A stretch of 64,000 bases of DNA from Polyangiales bacterium (GTDB taxonomy: Bacteria > Myxococcota_A > Polyangia > Polyangiales > Polyangiaceae), in contig JBBRLQ010000015.1 of NCBI GenBank assembly GCA_038231275.1, positions 64,001-128,000 on the forward strand, read 5' to 3'. Position 1 is the stretch's first letter. Each line of letters begins with the position of its first letter. The position numbers were made by a program, and so were the translations under genes. Positions 41,308-51,126 of the stretch are shown here, one piece after another. A model generated the notes under the pieces. The model ran no database searches. It was not told the origin of the DNA and saw only the letters and a program-made list of their open reading frames with translations.

Positions 41308-41879
41308 TGGACCACGTACTCCGTGATCAGCATCTTTTTGCCGTGCTTCTTCCCGAACACCTTGAGCACGCGGATGCTCAGCTCCTTGCGGATCTGCTCG
41401 AATTTGGCGTGATCGGTGACCTCTTCGTAACTGAGCGTACGGAGGTAGGTGATCTCGGCGTCCTTCGCGCGCATCACGAAGACCTTGACCTCCTCTTCGG
41501 GGATCTCGGCCTTCACCTCGATCGCGATGGCGATCTTGAGGTGGTGCGTCTCGCCGGTGGAGTCGCGGAGATCGACGACGGCGGCCTCGAGGCTCGTGAG
41601 CCCGTGAGACTCCTTCTTGCCCTTCTCGGCCTCGTCGCCCTCGTCTTCCTCTTCGGCGGGGTCGCCGTCCTCCTTGGGAGGGGCGTGCGCCTTGGGGGGT
41701 TTCGGCGGCGCGGGGGCGCCGGCGACGCGGGGGCCGATGATCGGCGAGAGCGCGGCTCCTGCGACGGAGCTGACGCCGACGACGACGAGCAGCCCCACGA
41801 TCGCGAGGAGCTTGCTCTTGCCCTTGCCGGCGGCCGGCGGCGCTTCTTCCTTCTTCTCTTCTTTTTTGGCGTCGGACAC
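41304..41879 (-). CDS. fliL: Flagellar basal body-associated protein FliL
   Basis: Charged N-terminus, single TM, VVDL...HHLKI, terminal ITEYVVQ. Confidence 0.8.
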   Translation of the reverse strand: MSDAKKEEKKEEAPPAAGKGKSKLLAIVGLLVVVGVSSVAGAALSPIIGPRVAGAPAPPKPPKAHAPPKEDGDPAEEEDEGDEAEKGKKESHGLTSLEAAVVDLRDSTGETHHLKIAIAIEVKAEIPEEEVKVFVMRAKDAEITYLRTLSYEEVTDHAKFEQIRKELSIRVLKVFGKKHGKKMLITEYVVQ

Positions 41880-41883
41880 GGGG

Positions 41884-43182
41884 TCACCGCTTCAGGTTCA
41901 CGACCTCCTGGAGCATCTCGTCGGCGGTCGTGATCGTCTTCGAGTTGGCGGAGAAGGCGCGTTGGTGTGCAATCAGATCGACGAACTGGGTGGCGAGGTC
42001 GACGTTCGACTGCTCGAGCGCGCCCCCGCTGACGGCGCCGCGACCGCCGGAGCCGGCGGTGCCGACCGCGGCGTCGCCGCTCTCGCGCGTGGCGATCCAG
42101 AGGTTGTGGCCCGCGCGGCCGAGGCCCTCGTTCGAGCGGAATTTGGCGATGGCGAGCTGCCCGATGTCGAGCTTCTGGCCGTTCGTGTAGGTGCCCTTCA
42201 CGACGCCCGTGCCGTCGACGCTGATGCCGGCGAGGTCGCCCGACGCGTAGCCGTCTTGCGACTGGTTCGACACGGACGAAGGCGACGCGAACTGCGTGCT
42301 GCCCGTGAGGCCGGTGCCGCCGGTGGCGATGGGGGTGCCGAAATCCACCGTGATCGCCTGGTTCGGGTTCGCGCCGTTGAAGTTGGCGGAGATCGCCGTG
42401 TTGGTCGCCACCGTGTTGAGCGCGCCCGCGCTCGTGAAGGTGAGCGAGCCGCTGCCGATCTCGACGTTGGTGCCCGGCGTGCCGCCGGCGAGCTGCCCAC
42501 CGTCGACGACCGCGTGGTAATCCCAGGCGTTCGCCGCGGTCTTGACCATGTAGACGTCGACCGCGTGCGCGTTGCCGAGCGAGTCGTACACCTGCATCGA
42601 CGTCGAGAAGTTCGACGTGGTCGACGGCTGCGTCGGATCCCAGGGGACCGCGGGCACCGTCGCGTTCGCGTCGAGGTTGGCGGTGATGCCCATCTTGGTC
42701 GTCACAGCCGGCGAGAGCGCCGCGGTGTTCACCTGGAGACCGCTCACGCTCGCGGCGAACTTGCCGCCGCCGAGGGCCTTGTACCCCTGGAGCTGCATGC
42801 CATCGAGGTTGGTGATGTCGCCCTTCGCGTCGATCTTCATCTGACCGGCGCGCGTGTAGAACTGGCCTTGAACGCCGTCGACCGTTCCGCCGACGACGAA
42901 GAAGCCGTCGCCAGAGAGCGCCATGTCGGTGGCGACGCCGGTGTTCGACAGGCTGCCCTGCGTGAACATCTGCTCGACCTGCGACATCGCGACGCCGGAG
43001 CCGGGCAGCGCGGTCGGCGTGCCGGCCGTGACGCTGTGCCCGAGCATGTCGGCGAAGATCGCGCGCTGCGACTTGAAGCCAACGGTGTTGGAGTTGGAGA
43101 TGTTGTCTCCAACCACCCCGAGGGCCTCGCCTTCGGCCGTGATCCCGCTGACACCCGTGTACATCGTCTTGAGAATCGACAT
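41884..43182 (-). CDS. flgE: Flagellar hook protein FlgE
   Basis: GDNISNSNTVGFK, YTRAG, VYDSLG, LEQSNVDLA...QRAFSANSK. Confidence 0.95.
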   Translation of the reverse strand: MSILKTMYTGVSGITAEGEALGVVGDNISNSNTVGFKSQRAIFADMLGHSVTAGTPTALPGSGVAMSQVEQMFTQGSLSNTGVATDMALSGDGFFVVGGTVDGVQGQFYTRAGQMKIDAKGDITNLDGMQLQGYKALGGGKFAASVSGLQVNTAALSPAVTTKMGITANLDANATVPAVPWDPTQPSTTSNFSTSMQVYDSLGNAHAVDVYMVKTAANAWDYHAVVDGGQLAGGTPGTNVEIGSGSLTFTSAGALNTVATNTAISANFNGANPNQAITVDFGTPIATGGTGLTGSTQFASPSSVSNQSQDGYASGDLAGISVDGTGVVKGTYTNGQKLDIGQLAIAKFRSNEGLGRAGHNLWIATRESGDAAVGTAGSGGRGAVSGGALEQSNVDLATQFVDLIAHQRAFSANSKTITTADEMLQEVVNLKR

Positions 43183-43203
43183 CTTCGCCTCCGTTACGAG
43201 CCT

Positions 43204-43902
43204 TTATTTACCGGCGTTCACGCTGATGAGATCGCTGGCCGGGGCTTCGACGCCATTGTCGAGCACGAGCTTCGCGTAACCGTTCGAGTAGTTCACCGAC
43301 TTGAGAACGCCGGTCGTTTCTTGCGACGCAGAGACAGGAGCGCCTGCGGCGTTCTTCGCGTCGATCTGCACGGTGTAGTTGCCCTTGGGCTGGGTCATGC
43401 CGTTGTCGTCACGGCCATCCCAGGCGGCGTTCACCAGGCCGGCCTGGTGAGCTCCTACTTGCAGGGTCCGTACCGTCTTGCCCGACGCGTCGTGGATCGT
43501 GACGGTGACCTTGTCGGCGTTGTCGCCGAGCGTGAAGTGAACCGGCTGCGAGAAGCCCGTGCCGTCGAGCGCAACGGACGAGCCCTTCACGGTGACCGAT
43601 TTTCCGACGAGGTTCGCGACGTCGGTGTTCGCGATGCCCTGGTTCTGCGACGCGAGGAAGTCGAGTCGCTTGTTCGTGCCCATCGTCTGCTCGAGCGCCG
43701 AGAACTGCGCGAGCTGCGAGACGAACGCCGTGTCGTCCATCGGCTTCAGCGGATCCTGGTGCGAGATTTGTGCGACCAGGAGCTTCATGAAGGCGTCTTG
43801 GCCGAGGGCCTGGTTGGCCTTTGTGGCCGAGCCGAGCGCGCCGGCCAGGTCGGCCGCCTGCGCACCGCTCGTGCTCACGTTGCTTGTGGGGTTGATTGCC
43901 AT
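43204..43902 (-). CDS. flgD: Hook capping protein FlgD
   Basis: FMKLLVAQISHQDPLKPMD...QLAQFSALE, WDGRD. Confidence 0.93.
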   Translation of the reverse strand: MAINPTSNVSTSGAQAADLAGALGSATKANQALGQDAFMKLLVAQISHQDPLKPMDDTAFVSQLAQFSALEQTMGTNKRLDFLASQNQGIANTDVANLVGKSVTVKGSSVALDGTGFSQPVHFTLGDNADKVTVTIHDASGKTVRTLQVGAHQAGLVNAAWDGRDDNGMTQPKGNYTVQIDAKNAAGAPVSASQETTGVLKSVNYSNGYAKLVLDNGVEAPASDLISVNAGK

Positions 43903-43909
43903 GGGTTCC

Positions 43910-44515
43910 TCAACCGACGACGTCGAGCGCGCTGGAAGCTTCGTTGCCCACATCGGGCGCGGAGTCGCTCTTGGCGCGCTTCGTCTTGGTCGTGAGAGAC
44001 CTTTGAGCAAATGCGGTGCCGCCGCTGCGAACGGCCACGACGACCGAGGCGACCTTGATTCCGGCGCCGTACATCGACGAGAGGAGGGACGCGCGTTGGG
44101 TCTCCACAGCGACCCTCGCCACGGTGTCGGCGACCTCGAAAACGACCCGAACCGCGCCATCTTCGCGCTCGACGGTGATCCGCATCGGGCCGAGCTCCGC
44201 GTGCGTGACCTCGCTCACGAGCGACGTCCGCTCGGCGGGCGAGGAGGGTGTCATGGCGGCGGCGGTCGTCACGGCGCCGTCGACGGGTCGCCAAATTTCC
44301 GCCGGTCGGCCGAGCGTGACGCCGGGTGTGGGGCGTGAGGATTGCGCGGTCGCTGTGGTCTCGAGCCGGACAACCGGAGCCGGGGCACAGTCGACCCGCG
44401 CACACATCGTCATGAGGAGGGCGAACTCCTCGTCCACGCGCGAGTGCCGCGGCGCGGTCTCGCCGCCGTCGTCCGGCGTCTTCTCAGCTACGGCCAGGAT
44501 CGCTCTGTCTTTCAT
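43910..44515 (-). CDS. fliK: Very short hook-length control protein FliK-like
   Basis: Position fliJ-X-flgD; C-terminal HAELGPMRITVE...VRVVFEV matches the FliK/T3S4 domain pattern. Confidence 0.65.
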   Translation of the reverse strand: MKDRAILAVAEKTPDDGGETAPRHSRVDEEFALLMTMCARVDCAPAPVVRLETTATAQSSRPTPGVTLGRPAEIWRPVDGAVTTAAAMTPSSPAERTSLVSEVTHAELGPMRITVEREDGAVRVVFEVADTVARVAVETQRASLLSSMYGAGIKVASVVVAVRSGGTAFAQRSLTTKTKRAKSDSAPDVGNEASSALDVVG

Positions 44516-44958
44516 GATCCGTCCCTCGACACGCGCGCGGCGGCCTCGTCGTCCACGATCCGCTCGGCGCGGCGCGCTTCATCGACGTCGCCGCGCGCGA
44601 GGCGGGCGAGGACGAGCTTGAGCCGCTCGATTTTTTGCTGCGCCACGGTGACCGCGGCGTTGGCCTCGGCGACGGCTCGATCGGCCGCCGCGCGCGCCAT
44701 GAGGGCTCTCTCCTCGCGGACGCCGCAGGTGGCGAGCCACGCCTCGCGGACGCTCCAGTCGTCGGCGCTGCCGCCGCGCACCAGATCGGCCTTCGCGTCA
44801 CGGGCCGCGCGCTTGCGGGCGCGTGCCTCTTCCAAGTGGGCTTGCGCGACGTCGGCGCGACCGCGCGCCTCCTGAAGGGCCGCGGCGCACCGCGCGAGAT
44901 CGTCCTCCCATACGCGCTGAACGCGTTCGAGGCGCTTTCTCCGAACCTTCGAGCTCAC
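44512..44958 (-). CDS. fliJ: Flagellar export stalk protein FliJ
   Basis: 148 aa coiled coil immediately after fliI; C-terminal ERIVDDEAA. Confidence 0.7.
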   Translation of the reverse strand: MSSKVRRKRLERVQRVWEDDLARCAAALQEARGRADVAQAHLEEARARKRAARDAKADLVRGGSADDWSVREAWLATCGVREERALMARAAADRAVAEANAAVTVAQQKIERLKLVLARLARGDVDEARRAERIVDDEAAARVSRDGS

Positions 44959-46268
44959 GCGCCGACCGTCTGACGTGCCAGCGCGGCGATCGCCTGGAGC
45001 GTCTGCTCCATCGGCGTGTGCTCCTCGACGCTCTGTCTGAGGAACGCGTCGATGTGCGGTCCCATGCGCAGCGCCGCGTCGACGTCGGGATCGCTGCCCG
45101 CGACGTACGCGCCGACGCGCACCAAATCCATTGCCTCTTGGCGCGTCGCGAGCAGCTCGCGGAGGAGCGTCGCGGCGCGGAGCTGAGGTTGCGCCATCAG
45201 GTTGGGCGCGAGACGAGAGACGCTCTGCAGCACGTCGATCGCAGGGAAATGCCCGCGTTCCGCGAGGGATCGCGACAAGACGATGTGACCGTCGAGGATG
45301 CTCCGGGTCGCGTCCGCCACCGGATCGGTGAGCTCGTCGCCCTCCACGAGGACGGTGTAGAGCGCCGTGATCGTCCCTTCGCCTGCCGCGGTCCCTGCGC
45401 GCTCGAGGAGGCGCGGGAGCGCGGCGAAGACGCTCGGCGGATACCCCTTCGTCGCGGGCGGCTCGCCGGTCGCGAGCGCGGCCTCGCGCTGCGCCATCGC
45501 GTAGCGCGTCACCGAATCCATGACGAGGAGGACGTTCTTGCCGCGATCGCGGAAATACTCGGCGATCGCGGTGGCCGCCTCGGCGCCGCGCGAGCGAACG
45601 AGGGGCGGTTGATCGCTGGTCGCGGCGACCACGACGGAGCGCGCGAGGCCTTCGTCGCCCAGCGTGCCGCGCACGAAGTCGTTCACCTCGCGGCCGCGCT
45701 CGCCGACGAGCCCGATGACGTTCACGTCGGCGGTGGACGACCGGCAAATCATGCCGAGCAGCGTGGATTTTCCGACGCCGGCGCCCGCGAAGATGCCGAC
45801 GCGCTGCCCGCAGCCGAGGGTGAGGAGCGCGTCGATGGACCGCACGCCGGTCGAGAAAATACGGTCGATCGGCCGACGGGAGACCGGCGGCGGCGGCGCG
45901 GCACGGACGGGCGCGCGGGTGGCGAGGTCGGGCGGCGGGCGATCGTCGAGCGGCCGACCGAACGCATCGACGATGCGACCGAGGAGCGCGTCACCCACAC
46001 CGACGCGCGTGCCTCGATCGAGCCGAACCACGCGTGCTCCCGGACGAACACCGGCGACGCTGCCGAGCGGCGTCGCCACGAGTCGCCCCGCGCGAAAGCC
46101 GATGACCTCGAGATCGAGCCCGCCGTCGGCGATTTGGAGGATGTCCCCGACCCCCGCCTTGAGCCCCCCGACCTCGACGAGGAGGCCGACGACCTCGACG
46201 ACCACGCCGGACGGCTGATGGGCCGTCGCGTTCGACGCCGCGTGGATGTACCGCTCCAACGAGATCAC
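44955..46268 (-). CDS. fliI: Flagellar export ATPase FliI
   Basis: GQRVGIFAGAGVGKSTLLGM, GERGREV, DSVTRYAMA, LDGHIVL; GTGA overlap with fliH. Confidence 0.95.
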   Translation of the reverse strand: MISLERYIHAASNATAHQPSGVVVEVVGLLVEVGGLKAGVGDILQIADGGLDLEVIGFRAGRLVATPLGSVAGVRPGARVVRLDRGTRVGVGDALLGRIVDAFGRPLDDRPPPDLATRAPVRAAPPPPVSRRPIDRIFSTGVRSIDALLTLGCGQRVGIFAGAGVGKSTLLGMICRSSTADVNVIGLVGERGREVNDFVRGTLGDEGLARSVVVAATSDQPPLVRSRGAEAATAIAEYFRDRGKNVLLVMDSVTRYAMAQREAALATGEPPATKGYPPSVFAALPRLLERAGTAAGEGTITALYTVLVEGDELTDPVADATRSILDGHIVLSRSLAERGHFPAIDVLQSVSRLAPNLMAQPQLRAATLLRELLATRQEAMDLVRVGAYVAGSDPDVDAALRMGPHIDAFLRQSVEEHTPMEQTLQAIAALARQTVGA

Positions 46269-46987
46269 GGGACCAGCGCCTCGAGCACGTGGTAGAGGCG
46301 CGTCTCGACCGACTCGTCGACGCGCCCGAGCTCCGTCTCGACGATGCACTCGCGCGGCCCGAGGGAGGGATCGATCTGCACCTCGCACCTCGGCGCGTCT
46401 CTGCGGAGTGTCTCGGTGAACTCCATGACGATGTCGTCGTCGAGCGCCGCCCCGAATTTCACGACGATCTTGTCCTTCTCGTCGAGCGCCTTGATCCCCT
46501 CGCGCGCCAGGCCCAGGAGGAGGCCAGGATCCATCGCGATTTCGTGGGCGATCACTTGACGCGCGATCGTCACGGCGAGCTCCACGAGCTGGCGCTCGGT
46601 CTGCGAGAAGATCACCTCGCGCAGTGAACCTATGTCGGCCAGGGCTTGCCGCAGCGCCGCGAGGCTCTCGAGCTCGGCGTTGCTCGGCGCCGGGACCTCG
46701 TAGATCGAAGGGCTCGCGAGCTCTGGCTGCGGGGTCTCGTGGGGGACCACCGAGAGGTGGGCCGGCGGCGTCGAGAGCGCGACCGCGGGCGGCGCCATCG
46801 ATGGAGGGCGAGGGCGTTCGCTCGGGCGCGGCGGCGGCGGGAGAGTGACGCGCTGCTGCGTGCGGCGACCGAGGATCGCAGGCGCTTTCCCGAGCCACGC
46901 CGGCGCCGCAGGGACAGCCTTCGGGGATCGGTCGGCGAGGACCAGGCGCTTGGGCTTGTCGGGAAGCGGCGTCTTAGACCATCGCAT
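46265..46987 (-). CDS. fliH: Flagellar assembly protein FliH
   Basis: Position fliG-X-fliI; LVELAVTIARQVI...ECIVETELGRVDES; Pro-rich N-terminus. Confidence 0.8.
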   Translation of the reverse strand: MRWSKTPLPDKPKRLVLADRSPKAVPAAPAWLGKAPAILGRRTQQRVTLPPPPRPSERPRPPSMAPPAVALSTPPAHLSVVPHETPQPELASPSIYEVPAPSNAELESLAALRQALADIGSLREVIFSQTERQLVELAVTIARQVIAHEIAMDPGLLLGLAREGIKALDEKDKIVVKFGAALDDDIVMEFTETLRRDAPRCEVQIDPSLGPRECIVETELGRVDESVETRLYHVLEALVP

Positions 46988-47954
46988 CGCCGTCGCCTCC
47001 GAGCGAGATGGTCCCCTCGGATTCCAGGCGCATCGCCGTCTCGATGATCTCGCGCTGGGCGGCCTCGACGTCGACGAGGCGAACTCCGCCGAGCGCCGAA
47101 AGATCGTCCTTGAGGAGCTCGGCGGCGCGCGACGACATGCTGCCGAAGATCTTCGCTTTGACCTCTTCCCCTGCGGTCTTGAGCGCCAGAACGAGCTTGT
47201 CGCTCTGGACCTCCTTCAGGAGCATGCGAAGCTGGCGCGCGTCGAGGACCTTCAGATCCTCGAACGTGAACATGGCGCGCCGGATCTCGCCGGCGACCTC
47301 CGGCATCGTGTCGGTGAGCCCGCTGAGGAGCTCCGCCTGCTGCTCCTTCGGGAGCTTGCGCACGAGGGCGGCCGCGCGCGCGACGCCGTCGACCGACATC
47401 GACGCCTCGGCCTCGGCGGCCGGCAAATCGGCGGCGATCGCCTTGGCGACCTCTTCGAGGAGGCCGGCGGGGACCTCGGTGATCGAGCCGAGGCGAGCGA
47501 GCGTGTCCATCTGGAGCTGCGGCGGAAGGGTCTCGAGGATCCGCGCCGCGCGGGTGGCGTCGAGCTGCGAGAGGACGGCCGCGATGAGCTGCGGATGCTC
47601 TTGCTCGAGCGCGGCGGCGAGCGCGGCGACGTCGGCAGTGGCGAGCTGCGAGATCGCCGACTTGGGCGCGTCGACGAAGATCCCTTCGGAGCGCGCCTCG
47701 CCGAACGAGCGCGCCGCGAGTCGGCGGAGGTAGGTGACGCCACCACGCGGGACGGCGATCGCCTGGTTTGCCTTCTCGACGAACTCACGATGAACGTCGT
47801 CGATCGAGCTTGCCGGCACCGCGCGCATCATCGCGGCGACCTCGCGCAGCTTGCGCAGGTCGCCGTCCTCGAGCTCCGCGACGATCGGCGCGGCGATGTT
47901 CTCGTCCAGCGACAAGAGCATCAGCACCGCTTTCTCCGGACCGGTCAACGGCAT
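46974..47954 (-). CDS. fliG: Rotor protein FliG
   Basis: LTGPEKAVLMLLSL, EHPQ, MFTFEDL, MSSRAA. Confidence 0.95.
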   Translation of the reverse strand: MPLTGPEKAVLMLLSLDENIAAPIVAELEDGDLRKLREVAAMMRAVPASSIDDVHREFVEKANQAIAVPRGGVTYLRRLAARSFGEARSEGIFVDAPKSAISQLATADVAALAAALEQEHPQLIAAVLSQLDATRAARILETLPPQLQMDTLARLGSITEVPAGLLEEVAKAIAADLPAAEAEASMSVDGVARAAALVRKLPKEQQAELLSGLTDTMPEVAGEIRRAMFTFEDLKVLDARQLRMLLKEVQSDKLVLALKTAGEEVKAKIFGSMSSRAAELLKDDLSALGGVRLVDVEAAQREIIETAMRLESEGTISLGGDGDAMV

Positions 47955-47970
47955 GGCTTTCTTCTCTGTA

Positions 47971-47986
47971 AGCAATTCGCGATCCG
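47971..47986 (-). promoter_or_regulatory. Internal sigma54-like promoter upstream of fliG
   Basis: CGGATCGCGAATTGCT (GG-N10-GC) in the fliF-fliG gap. Confidence 0.5.
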
Positions 47987-48029
47987 GGAGGGGGTGGCGA
48001 GTCGTGCTGCGCACGAAGTGCGGGAGCTT

Positions 48030-49658
48030 TCAGAACTGCGGGGTGGCGACGACGGCGGCGGCGGTCGACGGCGCGTTTAGCCATTCCTTCAGGATGACCG
48101 CGGCGGTCGCGGGGTCGGCGAGCGCGACCTCGAGGGCCTTCTCGCGGGTGAGCTCGTTGGCGGCCTTGCCGGCGGTGAGCGCGCGCGCGGCGACGTCACC
48201 TTCGAGCTGCGCGGGGGTCTCGCCGGCGGCGAGCGCTCTGGCCGCCTCGATCTCGAGGGCGCCCTTCTTGTTCTTGGAGCCACGGCGCCAGAAGAGCACG
48301 AGGATCGCGAGGGCCACGACGCCGGCCGCGCCGGCCGCCGCCCACATGTAAAACGGCTTTTTTGCCCGCGGATCGACGACGGGCACGACCGCGCCGGCGT
48401 CGGCCGTCGCGAACTGCGCGCTCTCGATCTGGAGCACGTCGCCGCGCGCCGCGTCGAAGCCGACCGAGCCTTTCACGAGCGACGCGAGGCGGTCCATCTC
48501 CTCCTTCGAGCGAGGGAGGTACTTGCCATTGTCGTAGGTGCCATCGACGAGCATCGCGATCGAGAGGTGCGCGAGCGTGCCGGGGGGCAGCGTCGTCTTC
48601 TGGGTGACGCGATCGACCTCCCAGTTGCGCGTCCAGCTCGTGCGCCACGCGCTGCCGGCGGCGGGGACCTCGGGCGCGGGGGCAGGAGAGTCGGCGCGGT
48701 TCGACTGCGCGCCGGGCACGCCGGCGACCGTCGCACCCTCGGTTCCGCTCTTTTCTTCGGTCTTTTGCTCGCTGCGGAGCGCGGTCTTCGTGGGCTCGTA
48801 GTGCTCTTCGGTCTTCTCGCGGGAGGACGTGTCGAGCGACGCGGAGATGCGCACGTCGCTCTTGCCGGGGCCGACGACGCGCTCGACGATCGCGCGCGCC
48901 TTTTCCTCGAGCGATCCGGCGACCTCGCGCTCGCGCTCCTCCTGGGCCTCGCTGTCCGCGCCATGCGAAGCGTCAGCGCGTGGACGGTGGAGCGTCATGC
49001 CGTCCGCGCTCACGATGGAGACGCGGTCCTCGGCGAGGCCCGGCACGGCGGCGGAGACGAGGTGGACCACGCTGGCCACCTCCCCCTTGCTGAAAGAGCG
49101 CCCCGCGCGCAGGCGCAGGACGACCGACGCGCTCGCGGTCTGCTTGGAAATGGCGAAGACGCTCTGTTCGGGCAAGACGAGGTGGACGCGCGCGGCCTGC
49201 ACCGCGCCGATCGTGCCGATCGTGCGCGAGAGCTCGCCCTCGAGCGCGCGACGGAGGTTGATGCGCTGCTCGAACTCGGTCGCGCCGAGGCGCGATTTGT
49301 CGAAGAGCTCGAAGCCGACGCCGCCGCCGCGCGGGAGTCCGGCGCCGGCGAGCTCGAGGCGGAGCTCGTGGACCTTCTCCTCGGGGACTTGGACCGCCGT
49401 GCCGCCCGCCTCCACTTTGAAGGGGATTTTCAGCTCTTTCAGCTTACCGGCGATCGCCGCGGCGTCCTCGGCGGACATGTCGGTGAAGAGGTACGCCCAG
49501 TTCTCGCGGCCCGAGAGCGTGCTCACGAGGATGCCGGCGACGATGGTGCTCGCGACGACGATGGCGAGCGCGACGCGCTTGGCGGTGGACATCTTCGCCC
49601 ACAGCGCCATGGCCTGCTTCAGGATCGCGATGAGTCTCTCGTTCACTTTGATTTCCAC
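48030..49658 (-). CDS. fliF: MS-ring protein FliF
   Basis: GFELFD, RALEGELSRTI, ARVHLVLP, ASASV, LRSEQ, NWEVDR; two TM helices. Confidence 0.95.
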   Translation of the reverse strand: MEIKVNERLIAILKQAMALWAKMSTAKRVALAIVVASTIVAGILVSTLSGRENWAYLFTDMSAEDAAAIAGKLKELKIPFKVEAGGTAVQVPEEKVHELRLELAGAGLPRGGGVGFELFDKSRLGATEFEQRINLRRALEGELSRTIGTIGAVQAARVHLVLPEQSVFAISKQTASASVVLRLRAGRSFSKGEVASVVHLVSAAVPGLAEDRVSIVSADGMTLHRPRADASHGADSEAQEEREREVAGSLEEKARAIVERVVGPGKSDVRISASLDTSSREKTEEHYEPTKTALRSEQKTEEKSGTEGATVAGVPGAQSNRADSPAPAPEVPAAGSAWRTSWTRNWEVDRVTQKTTLPPGTLAHLSIAMLVDGTYDNGKYLPRSKEEMDRLASLVKGSVGFDAARGDVLQIESAQFATADAGAVVPVVDPRAKKPFYMWAAAGAAGVVALAILVLFWRRGSKNKKGALEIEAARALAAGETPAQLEGDVAARALTAGKAANELTREKALEVALADPATAAVILKEWLNAPSTAAAVVATPQF

Positions 49659-49665
49659 CGTTGCG

Positions 49666-49998
49666 CTAGATGTTCATGCGCCAGAGATCGTTGAACGCCT
49701 CGACGAGCTTGTTTCGGACGTTGGCGACGAGCTTGAGCTCGATGTCGGCCTGCTTCACGGCGATCATCGTGCCGTGGATGTCGTCGACGGCGCCGGACGC
49801 GAAGTTCTGGGTCTTCACGTCTGCGACGTGGGACGACATGTTCGCCGAGGCGACGGCGTCCTTCAGCAGATCGGCAAACGGAATGCCGGGCGAGGACTGG
49901 ACACCGCCTTGGAGCCTCGGGACGAGGTTCTCCGTGCCGACGTTCGGCGTGTCGATCGGGAGCGCTCCCGAGCCGACCGGCGCCAGCGGCACCGTCAT
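49666..49998 (-). CDS. fliE: Hook-basal body protein FliE
   Basis: FADLLKDAV...DIHGTMIA...VRNKLVEAFNDLWRMNI. Confidence 0.92.
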   Translation of the reverse strand: MTVPLAPVGSGALPIDTPNVGTENLVPRLQGGVQSSPGIPFADLLKDAVASANMSSHVADVKTQNFASGAVDDIHGTMIAVKQADIELKLVANVRNKLVEAFNDLWRMNI

Positions 49999-50417
49999 TT
50001 GCCGATCCCGAGCGCGCTGTGCGCCATGCCCTTGATCGACTCGATCGACGTGACGCCGGCCTCGTAGGCGCGCGAGGCGGTGATCATGTTGACCATCTCT
50101 TCGACGACGTTGACGTTCGGGTAGGAGACGTACCCCTGTCCGTTCGCGTCCGGGTGCCCCGGCTCGTAGACGAGCTGCGCGGGGCGCTGGTCTTGCGCCA
50201 TCTGCGTGACACGTACGAGCGTCACCGCGCTCGCGCCCGGTCCACCCGACAGCGGCGTCGCTTGGAACACAGGGTCGATGCGCTTGTACGGTCCGCCGCC
50301 CTCGGTGCGCGTGCTGCGCGCGTTGGCGAGGTTCGACGCGATCGCGTTCATCCGCGTGCGCTCGGCCGAGAGGCCCGAGGCCGCGACTTCCATTCCCGTG
50401 AAGATCCCGATGGTCAT
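49995..50417 (-). CDS. flgC: Rod protein FlgC
   Basis: ASNLANA, YEPGHPDA..GYVSYPNVN, SRAYEA. Confidence 0.95.
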   Translation of the reverse strand: MTIGIFTGMEVAASGLSAERTRMNAIASNLANARSTRTEGGGPYKRIDPVFQATPLSGGPGASAVTLVRVTQMAQDQRPAQLVYEPGHPDANGQGYVSYPNVNVVEEMVNMITASRAYEAGVTSIESIKGMAHSALGIGK

Positions 50418-50434
50418 GGTATTTCCCGCCCGAT

Positions 50435-50827
50435 TCAGCCGTGTCCGTCGTTCGCCGCATAGGAGAGGTCCCCGAGCTCGGCGGCCACGAGCGTGGAGAT
50501 GACGTCGTAACGAATCTGGTTCGCCGCGACCTTCGCGGCCTCGCGATCGAGCGACACGAAGTTGCGGTCATTTCCCGCGCCGGCGGTCGGATCTTCGAAG
50601 ACGCGACCGCTGACTGGCATTCCGGACTCCGGAAGTTCGATGTGCGAACCGTTCGTGCGCTGCAAGGAGACCTGAAGCACCCCCTGAAACCCTTCGACGC
50701 GCGCAAGGTCGCGCGGAACGTAGTTCGGTGTGTCCACGTTCGACACGTTCGACACGAGGACGTTGTGGCGCTCGAGGTGGTAATCGAGCGCCTGATGCAG
50801 CGTCCGGATGTCGGCGAAGATGTCCAC
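50435..50827 (-). CDS. flgB: Rod protein FlgB
   Basis: RHNVLVSNVSNVDTPNYVPRDL, DRNFVSLDRE. Confidence 0.92.
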   Translation of the reverse strand: MDIFADIRTLHQALDYHLERHNVLVSNVSNVDTPNYVPRDLARVEGFQGVLQVSLQRTNGSHIELPESGMPVSGRVFEDPTAGAGNDRNFVSLDREAAKVAANQIRYDVISTLVAAELGDLSYAANDGHG

Positions 50828-50839
50828 GCACGGACACTG

Positions 50840-50855
50840 AGCACGAGCCGTGCCG
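50840..50855 (-). promoter_or_regulatory. Sigma54 promoter of the flgB arm
   Basis: CGGCACGGCTCGTGCT (GG-N10-GC). Confidence 0.7.
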
Positions 50856-50974
50856 TCCCGAAGGGGATCGGCGGCGGCCAGTCGCGTCAGAAGCCCGATG
50901 GCGGAGCGTCGGATTTCCGTCGCTCGGGCCCTGCGTCAACCGTCTAACGACGCGATAGCCAATGCGCCGACGCT

Positions 50975-50990
50975 TGGCGCGCAGCTTGCT
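50975..50990 (+). promoter_or_regulatory. Sigma54 promoter upstream of the FleQ-like activator
   Basis: TGGCGCGCAGCTTGCT. Confidence 0.75.
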
Positions 50991-51126
50991 CTACTCCGTC
51001 ATCGAAGCGTCGGCGGGAAACTGTCGGCAGAGGGTGCGCGCTGACGGTGGAAACCACCCGGCAAGGCCGGTGGGGGGACCCGTGCGACGCAAGGGCTTGT
51101 TTTAACGACCGAGAAGGAGACTTCCC

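Noticed and set aside
33235..43995. Long plus-strand ORFs (799, 878 and 792 aa) opposite flhA/flhB/flgE, and similar Arg/Ala-rich ORFs throughout the window
   Set aside because: Antisense or off-frame shadows of real genes in very high-GC DNA; no motifs
34306..49658. Interpretation as a non-flagellar (Myxococcales-type) T3SS
   Set aside because: Rod, hook, P/L rings, FlgK/L, MotAB and FliA/FlgM are all present, so it is a flagellar system
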